Positions 9,032 to 19,129 of a DNA stretch of 64,000 bases are shown here, piece after piece. The DNA comes from Candidatus Uhrbacteria bacterium (GTDB lineage: Bacteria > Patescibacteriota > Patescibacteriia > UBA9934), in NCBI GenBank assembly GCA_943359325.1, contig CALRHD010000003.1, positions 12,081-76,080 of the forward strand, given 5' to 3'. The number at the start of each line of letters is the position of its first letter. The first letter of the stretch is position 1. The translations under genes and the position numbers were made by a program. The notes under the pieces were generated by a model. It saw nothing but the letters and a program-made list of their open reading frames with translations. It was not told the origin of the DNA and did no database searches.

Positions 9032-9562
9032 ATGCAAGACCATATCGCAAAACTTCTTGCGTTTCGCATCTATCGTTTTCGAGATACTGCTGCGTATGCA
9101 GAGTTGTATCGCGAGTATGAAGATGCAATCTATCGTTTTGTCGCAAGGAAGGTCGGTCGCCCAGAAGATGTCGAGGAAATAGTGTCGGATAGCTTTCTCC
9201 GCGGATGGGAGTACATGACTGCGAATCTGGTGGACAACCCACGTGCTCTGCTCTACAAGGTCGCACAAAACATGATTGCCGATCTTTACCGAAGCGGGAA
9301 ACAAGCAGAGCAGTTGAGCGATGAAATGGCGGAGAGAATCCCCGCTTCGGCATCACTCCTCGGTGACGTAGAAACGAACGAGGCGGTAAAGGAAATTCTC
9401 GCCGCCATCAGACAGCTTAAAGCAGAATATCAGGAGGTGCTGCTCATGCTCTTTGTGGAGCAGCGCACCGCACACGAAATCGCTGGTGAACTCGGCAAGT
9501 CGGTGAGCAGCGTGTATGTGCTCATCTACCGTGCTAAACATGCACTGAAAAAACATTTGTGA
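9032..9562 (+). CDS. RNA polymerase sigma-70 factor, ECF subfamily
   Basis: Region 2 (FLRGWEYM ... ALLYKVAQNMIADLYR) and region 4 HTH (EQRTAHEIAGELGKSVSSVYVLIYRAKHALKK). Confidence 0.85.
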   Translation: MQDHIAKLLAFRIYRFRDTAAYAELYREYEDAIYRFVARKVGRPEDVEEIVSDSFLRGWEYMTANLVDNPRALLYKVAQNMIADLYRSGKQAEQLSDEMAERIPASASLLGDVETNEAVKEILAAIRQLKAEYQEVLLMLFVEQRTAHEIAGELGKSVSSVYVLIYRAKHALKKHL

Positions 9563-10668
9563 AAAAAAGTTTGAATGCAAAACTGAAGATGCTCTCGGCA
9601 TTGAAAGATGATCCGAATTTTGGTGGTCGCAGTCTTGTGGTTCGTGCCGAGCAAAAAGCAAAGATCATGGCCGCGATCGGTCACGACGTGAATGCCGCGC
9701 CTGTTCCCTACACCATTTTCGATTACCTCACCTATTATCGCGCAACCATGATGCCTGTTGCCATCCGTTCGTTCGGCGCCGTTGCGGCCGTCTTCGCCAT
9801 TTTCATTGGCGGCTGGATGACGACTGTCAACGCGGCGTCGAAGAGTTTACCGGGCGACGCGCTCTACGGATTCAAAATTATTACTGAGCAAGTGCAGTTG
9901 CGGCTCGCGTCACTCGAGGAACGCGCAGTGCTGCATACTGAGTTTGCGGCAAATCGCCTCGAAGAAGCGGTCACACTACAGAAAAACGGTTCGCCGTCGG
10001 GCGATAGCAATGTGCAGGATGCATTTGACGCATTCACACGTGAAGTCGCGTCGGCAAGCACAGACTTGCAGACGCTCAAAGAAAACGGCAGTGCGGACGC
10101 CGTTGCAACCGCAGGTCAGGTTGAGCAAAAACTTGCAACGCTCGACACCGTGCTCGATGAATCCGTCGCCGCCGCACCAGACGCATTTGCAACCGTCGCC
10201 GTACAAGAGGCGCAAGACGCCTCGCGCGAAACACAAACAACCGCCGTCGCCGTCGTCGTCGATACGCACGAAGAAACCGAAAGCGCACAAACCGCAAATG
10301 CACTTCGCGAAATGTTCATGCGTGAACTCGGCACGCTCACTGCACGGCAAACGTTCGACCTTCACCGCATTGCCGTCCTCCGTAACGCTATTCATGCGAA
10401 CGACGAGCGTCTGGCCGCAGCAATGCTGCCGACGAGTGCGGAACTCGGTATTCTGGAGCGAGACATTAAAACAGCCGCCGTACATATCAGTGACGCCACG
10501 ACACTTTACAACGTCAACGACTATCGCGGCGCATTCGCAACGCTTCGCAGTGTCGACGGCGACCTGCAACAAACCGAAACACGCATGGCACAAGCCGAAA
10601 TCGCCATCACGCAATCGTTCACTCCACCTGCAGTAGTCACGTCTCCTTCTGCGCCCGATCTCGAGTAA
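9559..10668 (+). CDS. Putative anti-sigma factor (DUF5667-like: short cytoplasmic N-terminus, single TM, extracytoplasmic coiled-coil region)
   Basis: GTGA start-stop overlap with the sigma gene. TM at about residues 63-87. Gene order is typical for a sigma / anti-sigma pair. Confidence 0.55.
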   Translation: MKKSLNAKLKMLSALKDDPNFGGRSLVVRAEQKAKIMAAIGHDVNAAPVPYTIFDYLTYYRATMMPVAIRSFGAVAAVFAIFIGGWMTTVNAASKSLPGDALYGFKIITEQVQLRLASLEERAVLHTEFAANRLEEAVTLQKNGSPSGDSNVQDAFDAFTREVASASTDLQTLKENGSADAVATAGQVEQKLATLDTVLDESVAAAPDAFATVAVQEAQDASRETQTTAVAVVVDTHEETESAQTANALREMFMRELGTLTARQTFDLHRIAVLRNAIHANDERLAAAMLPTSAELGILERDIKTAAVHISDATTLYNVNDYRGAFATLRSVDGDLQQTETRMAQAEIAITQSFTPPAVVTSPSAPDLE

Positions 10669-10816
10669 GAGCTTCCTCTCTCGAAGGTCGGCCGCGAAGG
10701 GCACGCGCCCTGCATGATTTTCACACTACGGAAACATTCAAAGGTCGGGACCGCACGGTCATGTTTCCTCCATTCTTAATCCGCCTTCGGGTGGAAAACT
10801 AGAGACATTACTTCCT

Positions 10817-13800
10817 ATGCAACACACGTTGCAATCAGCAAAGCGTTTCCTCTCTGTCGCAGTTGCGGCAGCGACGATCGCGTTCACCGTCGGCATTCTT
10901 GGCCTCGTTCAGCCTTCAACGGCTCTCGGCGCTTCGGCTGGCGACCTTATCAAAGGTTCACTTTCGACTGTCTATTACTACGGTTACGACGGTCAACGCT
11001 ACACTTTCCCGAACGAGAAAACATACATGACCTGGTACACTGATTTCAGTGACGTCACGACCATTTCCGACAGCGCACTCGCCGACATCACACTCGGTGG
11101 TAACGTTGTATACCGCTGGGGTTCCCGCTGGGTCAAAATCCAGTCCGACCCTAAGGTTTACGCAGTCTCAACAGACGGCGCAATCCACTGGATCGAATCT
11201 GAAGCAGTCGCAACGGCATTTGCTGGCTCGAACTGGGCAAGCAACGTCCACGACGTGCCTGATTCATTCTTCGTCGACTACACCGTCGGCGCATCGCTCA
11301 TGAGTGCAACTGCCTACGACGGCATGATGTACATGGACGGTGGCAGCTACTACCTCGCATGGGGTGGTGAAATGCGTATGGTGACGAGCGCAGGTCGTTC
11401 GACCAACGGTCTTCAAGCGTCCTTCTACCTCGATGGTACGGGCATTGACGACAGCGCATTGACGGCAGGTGTCGACATTACGGGCGCAGTAGGCTCACTC
11501 ATGGATCCGGCACAAACCGTTTCCGATGATGTAAGCAGCGCAACGGGTGACCTCACTCTTTCGTTGTCCTCTTCAACCGCAGCTGCAGCATCTATCCCAG
11601 GTGCAGCAAACTCGGTCGAAGTTTTCAGCTTTAACGTACGTGCAGGCAGCGAGGACGCTTCGCTCGACGCCCTCACCCTCAAAATGGTTGGTGCAGGTGC
11701 AACAACGAACATCCGAAACGTCTTCTTGTACGAGGGCTCGACACGTTTGACCGAGGCACGCTCGGTGAACGCTTCCACTCGTGAATCCGTGTTCTCCAAC
11801 TTGGACTTCGCGGTAGAATCGGGTGACACGCGCACCATCACGGTTCGCATCGAAGCCGCACTTGCACAGGCCGCAGCAGACACCTTTGGGTTCTCCATCG
11901 TGAGTGCCGCCTCGGTTACTGCTTCCGGTGACGTTGCGGGCAGCTTCCCAATTACGGGATCAACATTCACCTTCACAGGTTCGGATGTCGGCTACCTTGA
12001 CATCGACAAGTCGGGTTCGATTACGAATCCGAACATCGGTGAAGATGACGCGATCATCGGCAACTTCAAAATTGCAACAACGAACGAGGCAGCCTCGATC
12101 GAAATGATGAACATCCAAATTAACAACGCATCCGACCACAGCGATTTCTGGCTTTGGGACGGTGACGTACCACTTGTCGAGGGCGTACATTCCTCGCAAG
12201 ACAACGTGCTCTTTGACCTTTCTGGTTCCCCATTTGCAATCGCAAACGGTTCCAGCAACATTTTCTCGGTCTCTGCCGACATTGGTGGAAAGAACGGTGA
12301 CGATGTGGGCGTTTTCTTCGACAACGAAGTTGACGTAGAGGCAATTGGTGGCAACTTTGGTTTCGGCATGTGTGTCGACATCGGAGACGCTATTTGTACG
12401 GGCAGCACCGCGCTGGGTACGTACGATGGCGCAACCAGCTGTGACGCAACCACAGACGACTGTTCGTTTAGTGACGTCACAGGCGGCGACGTGACTATTA
12501 CGCACAACGGTCCTACTGTTGGCGATGTGCAGGTCAATAGCCAGGAGCAGATTCTTATGAACTTCACTATTACTTCGATAGAGGAAGTTACCATTAGGGA
12601 TTTGGACATCCAGGTTGCTGCAGATGACGATAACGACGCCGACGCAACCGACGGTGTAGAAACCGGCGATACAGACGCCGATGGTCTTATTAACGACGGT
12701 TCAGAGGCAAACTTGAAGGACATCAAGATCATCGACACCGATACGGGTGCGGTGGTTATGGGTCCTCTTGAACTCGACACCGCAACCGACGATGTTTCTA
12801 GCGAAACATCGTTGACCGGTACCGCAGAAGACGCACTCCAGATCATCGACTTTACCGATGACTGGACAATGCAGGCAGGCGAAGTGCGCCACCTTGCGGT
12901 TTCTGTGGACGTGGACAACGGCTTGACCGCAGCAGAAACGCTCGTTGCAATCTTCGACATCAGCGGCCTTGTAGTGAGAGATGTCAACGGCGATACGCTT
13001 GCAACAACGGCAGTCGTTCCTTCGGGCGACATTACGGGCTACACACAAACGGCACGCGCAGCAACAGTTGTCGTCGCGCTTGCCAGCACGCCAGGTGACG
13101 TCACGTCTGTTGACGGTTCACAAAATGTGCTCGTAAACGCATTCAGCTTCGTCGTTGGTACGGCAAGCGATGTGCATGTGAGCTCGATCAAGGTGAGCGT
13201 GTACGCCGATGAAGACAACTCTGGTACGTTTACCGCGGGTGACGTTTCAGGTGCCGATGTCAATGACTTCCTTGCATCGTGTTACTTGACGGACACCGCA
13301 GGAAACCAGCTTGGTACTGCAGAATCTCCAATCAGCACAGGTATAAGCTTTACAGTGAACACCGTTGACTGGGACGTTGTTGCTGGCGCAACAGAAACGT
13401 TGAAGGTGTACTGTAACTTCAACAACCCATCCGATGGTACAGACGACAACGCGTTCGCATTCGATATCGCCGATTTGTCGGAAGACATTATCGCGCAGGA
13501 CGAAGACGGCAACGATGTCGACCCAACCGCAGACGCGCCAAACGGTGGTACGTCGCCAACGAACTCCACATACATTCAGGATGCGGGTAGCGTTGTTGCA
13601 ACGGCAAGCGCGAACACGCCAAGTGCAGACTTTGTCTTGACGTCTTCGACCGACACCCATGTCGCGTCGTACACGTTCACGGCAACAAACGAAGACTTTG
13701 AAGTCCAGACGATTTCGTTCTCTGAAGAAGAAGCCGAAGACGACCAGTGTGGTTTCTCTGGCCAATCCGCAACCCAGCTTGCGAACACTGGAATTTCTGC

Positions 13801-15118
13801 AAACTGTTCCGCGTCGCTCGGTGACGACACATTGTACGCAAACAACATTTCTCTCGTAACGATTGCCTACCCACTTGAGGATGGCACCACGAACGAAGAA
13901 ACGTCAGTGATGTCGAGCAACCAAGTCAAATTCAGCCTTACGTCTGGCGAATACTTCTACGTTCCCGTGGGTGACCCACAGGACATCGATGTATACGTGA
14001 ACGTTCCGCTTACTGCCCGCGATGCAGGTGGTAGCGCAACGAGCAACGAAGAAATCCGCATGGGTCTCTTTGTCGACGTAACGAATGATGACAACTTCAA
14101 AGCAGTCGGTATCGGTTCCGGTATCACGGAAGACGATGACGACGAAGCAGCGATCGGCGACGACCGCTACGCGACAGATGGCATTGCCACCTTCGTGGTG
14201 CGTGAAACCAAGCCAACAGTAAGCCTTTCTTCTTCGAGCCCATCGGGCGCAGCAGTCCCTGGACTTATCGAAGCATTGCGCTTCAACGTTGCGGCATCTT
14301 CGAACGAAGATGTTGTCATCGACCAGATCACCTTCAAACTTACCCTAACGGACAACGCTGGCGACGGCACTCCGGACTGGAACGAGTGTGATACCAACCT
14401 TGGTACCGCTGCACTCGACGACAGTGAATTCAGCATCTATAACTTGTCGGAAAGCTCGAGCACACAGCTCGACACCGCAGACACAGACTGGATTCTTTGG
14501 GACACGACAGGTGCAATCTGTACCACAAGCGCCGCAAACACCGGTTTTGCAACGATCGACTTCCCAACGGCAGAAATTGTGCCAAAGGGCAGCACGTACA
14601 CCTATTCGTTGAAGATCGATGTGACGAGTGCAAGCTCGTCGAGCGACGACGCTATCCGCGTTGACATCAACACGGATCCAATCATCTCTACGTGGATTGT
14701 TGGTGCAGGCGATTTGACCCTGACCACACTCACTGTTGCCGCCACGTCACTTGACGTCGCAACAGTTGGTAGCTTCTACAAGGGTGACGTTCTCTGTCTC
14801 GACGTCGATGACGGCGGTGCAGCAGACTGTGATGCCACGGAGGAGCGCTACCTCATTGTTGACTGTGACGACGCAACAACAGACAACGTCTGTACCGTCG
14901 ATCCAACAGTCAATCGTGGATACATGAACTCCCTGCGCACACTTGACGACAACACGCTCGGAAACCTCATCGTCGCAGCAGACGGTTTGCTCCGTGCATT
15001 GGGCGGCATCCTGTGGCAGGACGACGGCACCACCGCAGAAGGTACAACGTACCAGACGCGTTGGGGCGGTTACCTCGTCGACAACCTCGACGTGAACGGC
15101 GGAACGCTCGTCTTCTAA
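10817..15118 (+). CDS. Giant (1433 aa) secreted surface or S-layer-like protein
   Basis: N-terminal signal peptide and a ~190-aa N-terminal domain (VYYYGYDGQRYTFPNEKTYMTW ...). Then at least five repeated beta-sandwich-like modules (for example SVEVFSFNVRAGSEDASLDALTLKMVGAG and GLIEALRFNVAASSNEDVVIDQITFKLTL). Acidic, Thr/Ser/Asp-rich overall. Confidence 0.8.
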   Translation: MQHTLQSAKRFLSVAVAAATIAFTVGILGLVQPSTALGASAGDLIKGSLSTVYYYGYDGQRYTFPNEKTYMTWYTDFSDVTTISDSALADITLGGNVVYRWGSRWVKIQSDPKVYAVSTDGAIHWIESEAVATAFAGSNWASNVHDVPDSFFVDYTVGASLMSATAYDGMMYMDGGSYYLAWGGEMRMVTSAGRSTNGLQASFYLDGTGIDDSALTAGVDITGAVGSLMDPAQTVSDDVSSATGDLTLSLSSSTAAAASIPGAANSVEVFSFNVRAGSEDASLDALTLKMVGAGATTNIRNVFLYEGSTRLTEARSVNASTRESVFSNLDFAVESGDTRTITVRIEAALAQAAADTFGFSIVSAASVTASGDVAGSFPITGSTFTFTGSDVGYLDIDKSGSITNPNIGEDDAIIGNFKIATTNEAASIEMMNIQINNASDHSDFWLWDGDVPLVEGVHSSQDNVLFDLSGSPFAIANGSSNIFSVSADIGGKNGDDVGVFFDNEVDVEAIGGNFGFGMCVDIGDAICTGSTALGTYDGATSCDATTDDCSFSDVTGGDVTITHNGPTVGDVQVNSQEQILMNFTITSIEEVTIRDLDIQVAADDDNDADATDGVETGDTDADGLINDGSEANLKDIKIIDTDTGAVVMGPLELDTATDDVSSETSLTGTAEDALQIIDFTDDWTMQAGEVRHLAVSVDVDNGLTAAETLVAIFDISGLVVRDVNGDTLATTAVVPSGDITGYTQTARAATVVVALASTPGDVTSVDGSQNVLVNAFSFVVGTASDVHVSSIKVSVYADEDNSGTFTAGDVSGADVNDFLASCYLTDTAGNQLGTAESPISTGISFTVNTVDWDVVAGATETLKVYCNFNNPSDGTDDNAFAFDIADLSEDIIAQDEDGNDVDPTADAPNGGTSPTNSTYIQDAGSVVATASANTPSADFVLTSSTDTHVASYTFTATNEDFEVQTISFSEEEAEDDQCGFSGQSATQLANTGISANCSASLGDDTLYANNISLVTIAYPLEDGTTNEETSVMSSNQVKFSLTSGEYFYVPVGDPQDIDVYVNVPLTARDAGGSATSNEEIRMGLFVDVTNDDNFKAVGIGSGITEDDDDEAAIGDDRYATDGIATFVVRETKPTVSLSSSSPSGAAVPGLIEALRFNVAASSNEDVVIDQITFKLTLTDNAGDGTPDWNECDTNLGTAALDDSEFSIYNLSESSSTQLDTADTDWILWDTTGAICTTSAANTGFATIDFPTAEIVPKGSTYTYSLKIDVTSASSSSDDAIRVDINTDPIISTWIVGAGDLTLTTLTVAATSLDVATVGSFYKGDVLCLDVDDGGAADCDATEERYLIVDCDDATTDNVCTVDPTVNRGYMNSLRTLDDNTLGNLIVAADGLLRALGGILWQDDGTTAEGTTYQTRWGGYLVDNLDVNGGTLVF

Positions 15119-15159
15119 ACAAAGATTCGCGTAACGTTCGTCCAAAGAAAGGTAAAGAA

Positions 15160-15186
15160 AAGCCCGGCCTCTCGCCGGGCTTTTCG
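15160..15186 (+). terminator. Rho-independent terminator
   Basis: GCCCGGC-CTCTC-GCCGGGC followed by TTTTCG. Confidence 0.6.
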
Positions 15187-15226
15187 ATTTGCCCATTTTT
15201 TGCTTTGCCATTAGAATGCTTGCTAT

Positions 15227-15922
15227 ATGCATGATATTCGTCGAATCGTTCTTTGGGGGTTGTGTGGGGCTGTTGTACTCGGATTGCTTATTGCAGGAGG
15301 CGTCTACCAGTATCAAAAGAGTCATACCCCGAATGCGGGATTGACACTTTGGCGTGAAACGCAGATGGACGACGCAACGCGTTCGCTTTTTTCGCAACGT
15401 CTTGCAACCACACAAGCAGCAATTGCAGCCAAACAATCTGCGGGCGAAGTAATAGAAACGGATTTGTATGCATCGTTGGCATTCGATGCGTATGTATTGG
15501 GTGACCTGGCCGTGGCACGCGCGGCATATGAACACATGTTGAATGAAAACTCTCTCTATTCTGTTGCGTGGAACGAATATGCAAAAGTGTTAGACGACAT
15601 GGGTGATTATCAGGGTGCAGAAAGTGCGTTTTTACAGGCAATTGAAACAGGGAAGTTGGAGCAATATTACATAAGTTATGTCGAATTTTTACAGCATCGT
15701 TTTCCTGAGCGTGACGAAGCAGTAAAAATTGTTCTTGAACAGGGCGTCATCGCCGTCGGTCAGAAACAGCTCCTCATGGTGCATCTTGGCGATTGGTACG
15801 CCGAGCACGGAGACTGCGACCGCGCGATTGCGCACTTTAATGTCGCAAAAACCCTCAACCCCGCCGCAAAAGAAAGCATTGAACAAAAAATTGCCGAAGC
15901 GCGAGAGATATGTGCTCAATAA
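15227..15922 (+). CDS. Membrane-anchored TPR-like repeat protein
   Basis: N-terminal TM followed by helical repeats (AYEHMLNENSLYSVAWNEYAKVLDDMGDYQGAESAFLQAIE). Confidence 0.55.
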   Translation: MHDIRRIVLWGLCGAVVLGLLIAGGVYQYQKSHTPNAGLTLWRETQMDDATRSLFSQRLATTQAAIAAKQSAGEVIETDLYASLAFDAYVLGDLAVARAAYEHMLNENSLYSVAWNEYAKVLDDMGDYQGAESAFLQAIETGKLEQYYISYVEFLQHRFPERDEAVKIVLEQGVIAVGQKQLLMVHLGDWYAEHGDCDRAIAHFNVAKTLNPAAKESIEQKIAEAREICAQ

Positions 15923-15927
15923 ACTTT

Positions 15928-15968
15928 CCGTGTGGCTTAGCCACACGGCGGGTGGTTTAGCCACCCAG
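15928..15968. repeat. REP-like palindrome doublet (solo copy)
   Basis: GTGTGGCTTAGCCACAC-GGCGG-GTGGTTTAGCCACCC. Homologous to the doublets flanking the transposase at 37756 and 38471. Confidence 0.6.
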
Positions 15969-15972
15969 TGTT

Positions 15973-18066
15973 ATGACAAGTCGGCGTGATGTGACTACAT
16001 TTGTACCCCTCTTTTTCTCCCTCCTTTTCCTGCTGGCGGATCCTCTTTCCGCTCTTGCAATTACGCCACGCGACCCACATTTTATTGAACAAACGTATTT
16101 ACAAACTATTGCGGCACCCGCAGCATGGGACGTCGAAACAGGGTCGTCGAGCGTGGTTGTTGCGGTGCTCGACACGGGCGTCGATCTTGACCACCCTGAT
16201 TTGAAGGGCAATATTTGGTCGAATGACGACGAAGAGGCGGGAAATGGTGTGGACGATGACGACAACGGATTTGTGGACGATGTGAATGGTTGGGACTTTG
16301 TGCAAGACGACAATACGGTGACACCAAGCCCGTCAGGAAGTGAAGTCGCTGTGTCGCACGGAACGGTTATCGCAGGCATTATCGGCGCTCGCGGCGATAA
16401 TGGCGTTGGTGTGACGGGCGTTGCGTGGAATGTGAAAATTATGTCGGTGCGCATGCTGAATGCGAGCGGTTCGGGCGACTCGGCCACGGCGGCAAACGCC
16501 GTCGACTACGCGGTGCGGAATGGTGCCGATATTATTAATTTGAGTTTTGCGGGTGATACTGCGGATTCTGTGTTGCGTACGGCAATTGAACGGGCGTATA
16601 AGGCAGGTGTGATTGTGGTTGCGGCAATGGGAAATGAAGGGCGAGACACCGACAGCGAAGCGGTGTATCCTGCGTGTTTATATAAAGGTACACAAGACTG
16701 GGTGATTGGCGTTGCGTCGTCGAGTGGTACGGACACTGCGTCGACGTTTTCGAATTACGGCAAAACGTGCACCGATATTTCTGCTCCGGGAGAAGATGTG
16801 TACACGACGGAGTATTACGACAAACCAGCAGGATTCACGCGGCCATATGGCGGCGGGTGGTCGGGAACGTCGATGGCGTCGCCGATTGTTGCGGGTGCCG
16901 TAGCGTTGTTGCGGGCCGCATTCCCGACGATTAGCGTCGACAATGTGCGGAACGCGCTGAAACTTTCGGTTGATCCACTGCACGTCACTCTCTCGCAACG
17001 CGGCAAGTATGGCGCGGGGCGATTGAACGTCGCAAATGCATTGACGGTGGCTGCACAATTATTGGGCGTTGAGCCAGAAGCGGACGATAATGCAACGGGC
17101 GATGTCGCAACCGAAGCATCGCCAAGCGAAGACGTGCTCGTAGGGGACGGCCTTGTGCCGTCCCTCGCACCATCTCGCATCGTCACGGGTGCAACTTCTG
17201 GCGCTGCGCCAATGGTTGACGTGCGGCGGCCAGACGGCACAGAGGTTGCGCAGTTTTTAGCATACGCCGACGGATTCATGGGTGGGCTACATGTTGCGGT
17301 GGGCGACGTCGACGGCGACGGGAAGCCGAATGTGGTCACAGGGGCAGGAACAGGTGGTGGCCCTCATGTTCGGGTGTTTACAGAAAGCGGTGCGCTCGTG
17401 AGTCAATTTTTCCCGTATGCGACGTCGGGTCGCGGCGGGGTAGAAGTTGCGACGGGTGACGTCGACGGTGACGACGTGGACGAAATCGTGACTGCTGTTG
17501 GCGCAGGAGTTTCGCACGACGTTGTTGCGTGGTCGGCGCGCGGCGAAGAACGTGTGCGGTTCACGGTGAATGCGTTTGCGGCGAATGCGCCGTTGCGTGT
17601 TGCGGTGGGCGATGTTGATGGCGATGGCAGGGGCGAGTTTCTTGTGACCGCAGGTGCGGGATTTAGCCCAAAGATTGCCGTGTACGACACCGATGGAACG
17701 TTTTTGCGCGAGTTCGCTCCGTATGGCACGACGTTTATGGGCGGAGTATATGTTGCGGCGGGCGATGTGAATGGTGACGGTACAGACGAAATTATTACGG
17801 GCACGGGTGACGGCGGCGGGCCGCAGGTTCGCGTTTTTAATGCGATCGGTGCAGTCATTGGTTCGTTTTTCGCGTTCGACGAATCGTCGCGTTACGGTGT
17901 TCACGTTGCTTCGGCTGACACCAACCGCGACAGCGTTGATGAAATTATTGCGTCTCCAGGATCGTCGTCAACACTCTTAAAAATTCTCACAGACAAAGGC
18001 GTCCTCATCTCGACATTTTCCGTCAATCTCACAGGAAAAGAAGGCACCGCCATCGCGGCGTGGTAG
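15973..18066 (+). CDS. S8 family subtilisin-like serine peptidase with C-terminal FG-GAP repeats
   Basis: Catalytic triad motifs VAVLDTGVD, HGTVIAGIIGA and GTSMASPIVAG. At least six VAVGDVDGDG-type FG-GAP repeats. Signal peptide present. Confidence 0.9.
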   Translation: MTSRRDVTTFVPLFFSLLFLLADPLSALAITPRDPHFIEQTYLQTIAAPAAWDVETGSSSVVVAVLDTGVDLDHPDLKGNIWSNDDEEAGNGVDDDDNGFVDDVNGWDFVQDDNTVTPSPSGSEVAVSHGTVIAGIIGARGDNGVGVTGVAWNVKIMSVRMLNASGSGDSATAANAVDYAVRNGADIINLSFAGDTADSVLRTAIERAYKAGVIVVAAMGNEGRDTDSEAVYPACLYKGTQDWVIGVASSSGTDTASTFSNYGKTCTDISAPGEDVYTTEYYDKPAGFTRPYGGGWSGTSMASPIVAGAVALLRAAFPTISVDNVRNALKLSVDPLHVTLSQRGKYGAGRLNVANALTVAAQLLGVEPEADDNATGDVATEASPSEDVLVGDGLVPSLAPSRIVTGATSGAAPMVDVRRPDGTEVAQFLAYADGFMGGLHVAVGDVDGDGKPNVVTGAGTGGGPHVRVFTESGALVSQFFPYATSGRGGVEVATGDVDGDDVDEIVTAVGAGVSHDVVAWSARGEERVRFTVNAFAANAPLRVAVGDVDGDGRGEFLVTAGAGFSPKIAVYDTDGTFLREFAPYGTTFMGGVYVAAGDVNGDGTDEIITGTGDGGGPQVRVFNAIGAVIGSFFAFDESSRYGVHVASADTNRDSVDEIIASPGSSSTLLKILTDKGVLISTFSVNLTGKEGTAIAAW

Positions 18067-18105
18067 AATGACTGAGAATAAATACCTGATACGATAATAA
18101 AAAGT

Positions 18106-19104
18106 ATGGAAAAACGTACAGCAGTTGTCACAGGAGGTGCAGGGTTTATTGGGTCGTTTGTATGTGAGAAGTTACTGAAAGACGGCCTGCGTGTTATTTG
18201 CATCGACAATTTTAGTACGGGGCATGTGCGCAATATCGATGCGATGTTGCGGAACCCCGACTTTCAATTTCTCAAACTTGATATCAATACACCGTTCGAT
18301 CTCGAGTCATTTTCCGAACTTGAACCGTTCAAAGTAAAATTTTTGGGCGTACAAGAGGTGTATCATCTTGCCGTGCCAACCGTCGTCAACAAATTTAGCG
18401 AGTATCGCATGCAAACGCTGCTTGCGAATTCGGTCGGCACACGCAACGTGCTCGACATGGCAACGAAATATAAAGCGAAGGTAGTGTTTGGTTCTGCGGC
18501 GGTGGTGTATGGCGGAAGAAGAGGCGACAAAGAAATTTTTGCGGAAGGCGATGTGGGCGCGTTCGACCACCTCAATCCACGCGGCTGTTACAACGAAGGA
18601 AAGCGTTTTGCGGAAACGATGTGTGCAACGTATGCCGACGTCAATGGTATCGACGTAAAAATCGCGCGCATTTTTCGCACATACGGTCCGCGCATGCCGC
18701 TCCATCACGGTCACCAAATTCCCGATTTTATTTTGCACGCGCTCGATGGCAAAGACATCGTTATCAACGGCGACGAAAAAGCAATGACTGCACTCGTCTA
18801 TGTGAGTGACGTTGTCGACGGACTCGTGCGGCTCATGCACGCCGAAAAGGGGACGACGCCCGTGAACCTCGGCAGTGACGTCGAAATCCCCATGCAGGCG
18901 ATTGCTGAACAGGTGATTGCCATGACGGGCTCCGCGGTGCACGTGACGTTTGCCGAACCGCCGCCATATTTGCTTGCGCTTGGGCTGCCAAGTCTCACGA
19001 AGGTTCGTGAGTCATTGGGCTGGATGCCGCTCGTACGGCTCGAAGACGGTTTGAAAAAAACTGTTGAGTATATTCGCGCGAATAAGGCACTATTGACGCA
19101 ATAG
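18106..19104 (+). CDS. NAD-dependent epimerase/dehydratase (UDP-glucuronate decarboxylase / UXS-like SDR)
   Basis: TGGAGFIGS Rossmann motif and YNEGKRFAE (YxxxK) motif. Confidence 0.8.
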   Translation: MEKRTAVVTGGAGFIGSFVCEKLLKDGLRVICIDNFSTGHVRNIDAMLRNPDFQFLKLDINTPFDLESFSELEPFKVKFLGVQEVYHLAVPTVVNKFSEYRMQTLLANSVGTRNVLDMATKYKAKVVFGSAAVVYGGRRGDKEIFAEGDVGAFDHLNPRGCYNEGKRFAETMCATYADVNGIDVKIARIFRTYGPRMPLHHGHQIPDFILHALDGKDIVINGDEKAMTALVYVSDVVDGLVRLMHAEKGTTPVNLGSDVEIPMQAIAEQVIAMTGSAVHVTFAEPPPYLLALGLPSLTKVRESLGWMPLVRLEDGLKKTVEYIRANKALLTQ

Positions 19105-19129
19105 GGGTGGTAGGAGACGATAGCTGCTT

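Noticed and set aside
11425-15535. Minus-strand ORFs 11425..11976, 11992..13032 and 14747..15535 overlapping the giant surface-protein gene
   Set aside because: They are antisense to a strongly supported 1433-aa CDS. 14747..15535 would have to read through a + strand terminator and the start of the TPR gene. The compositions are low-complexity.
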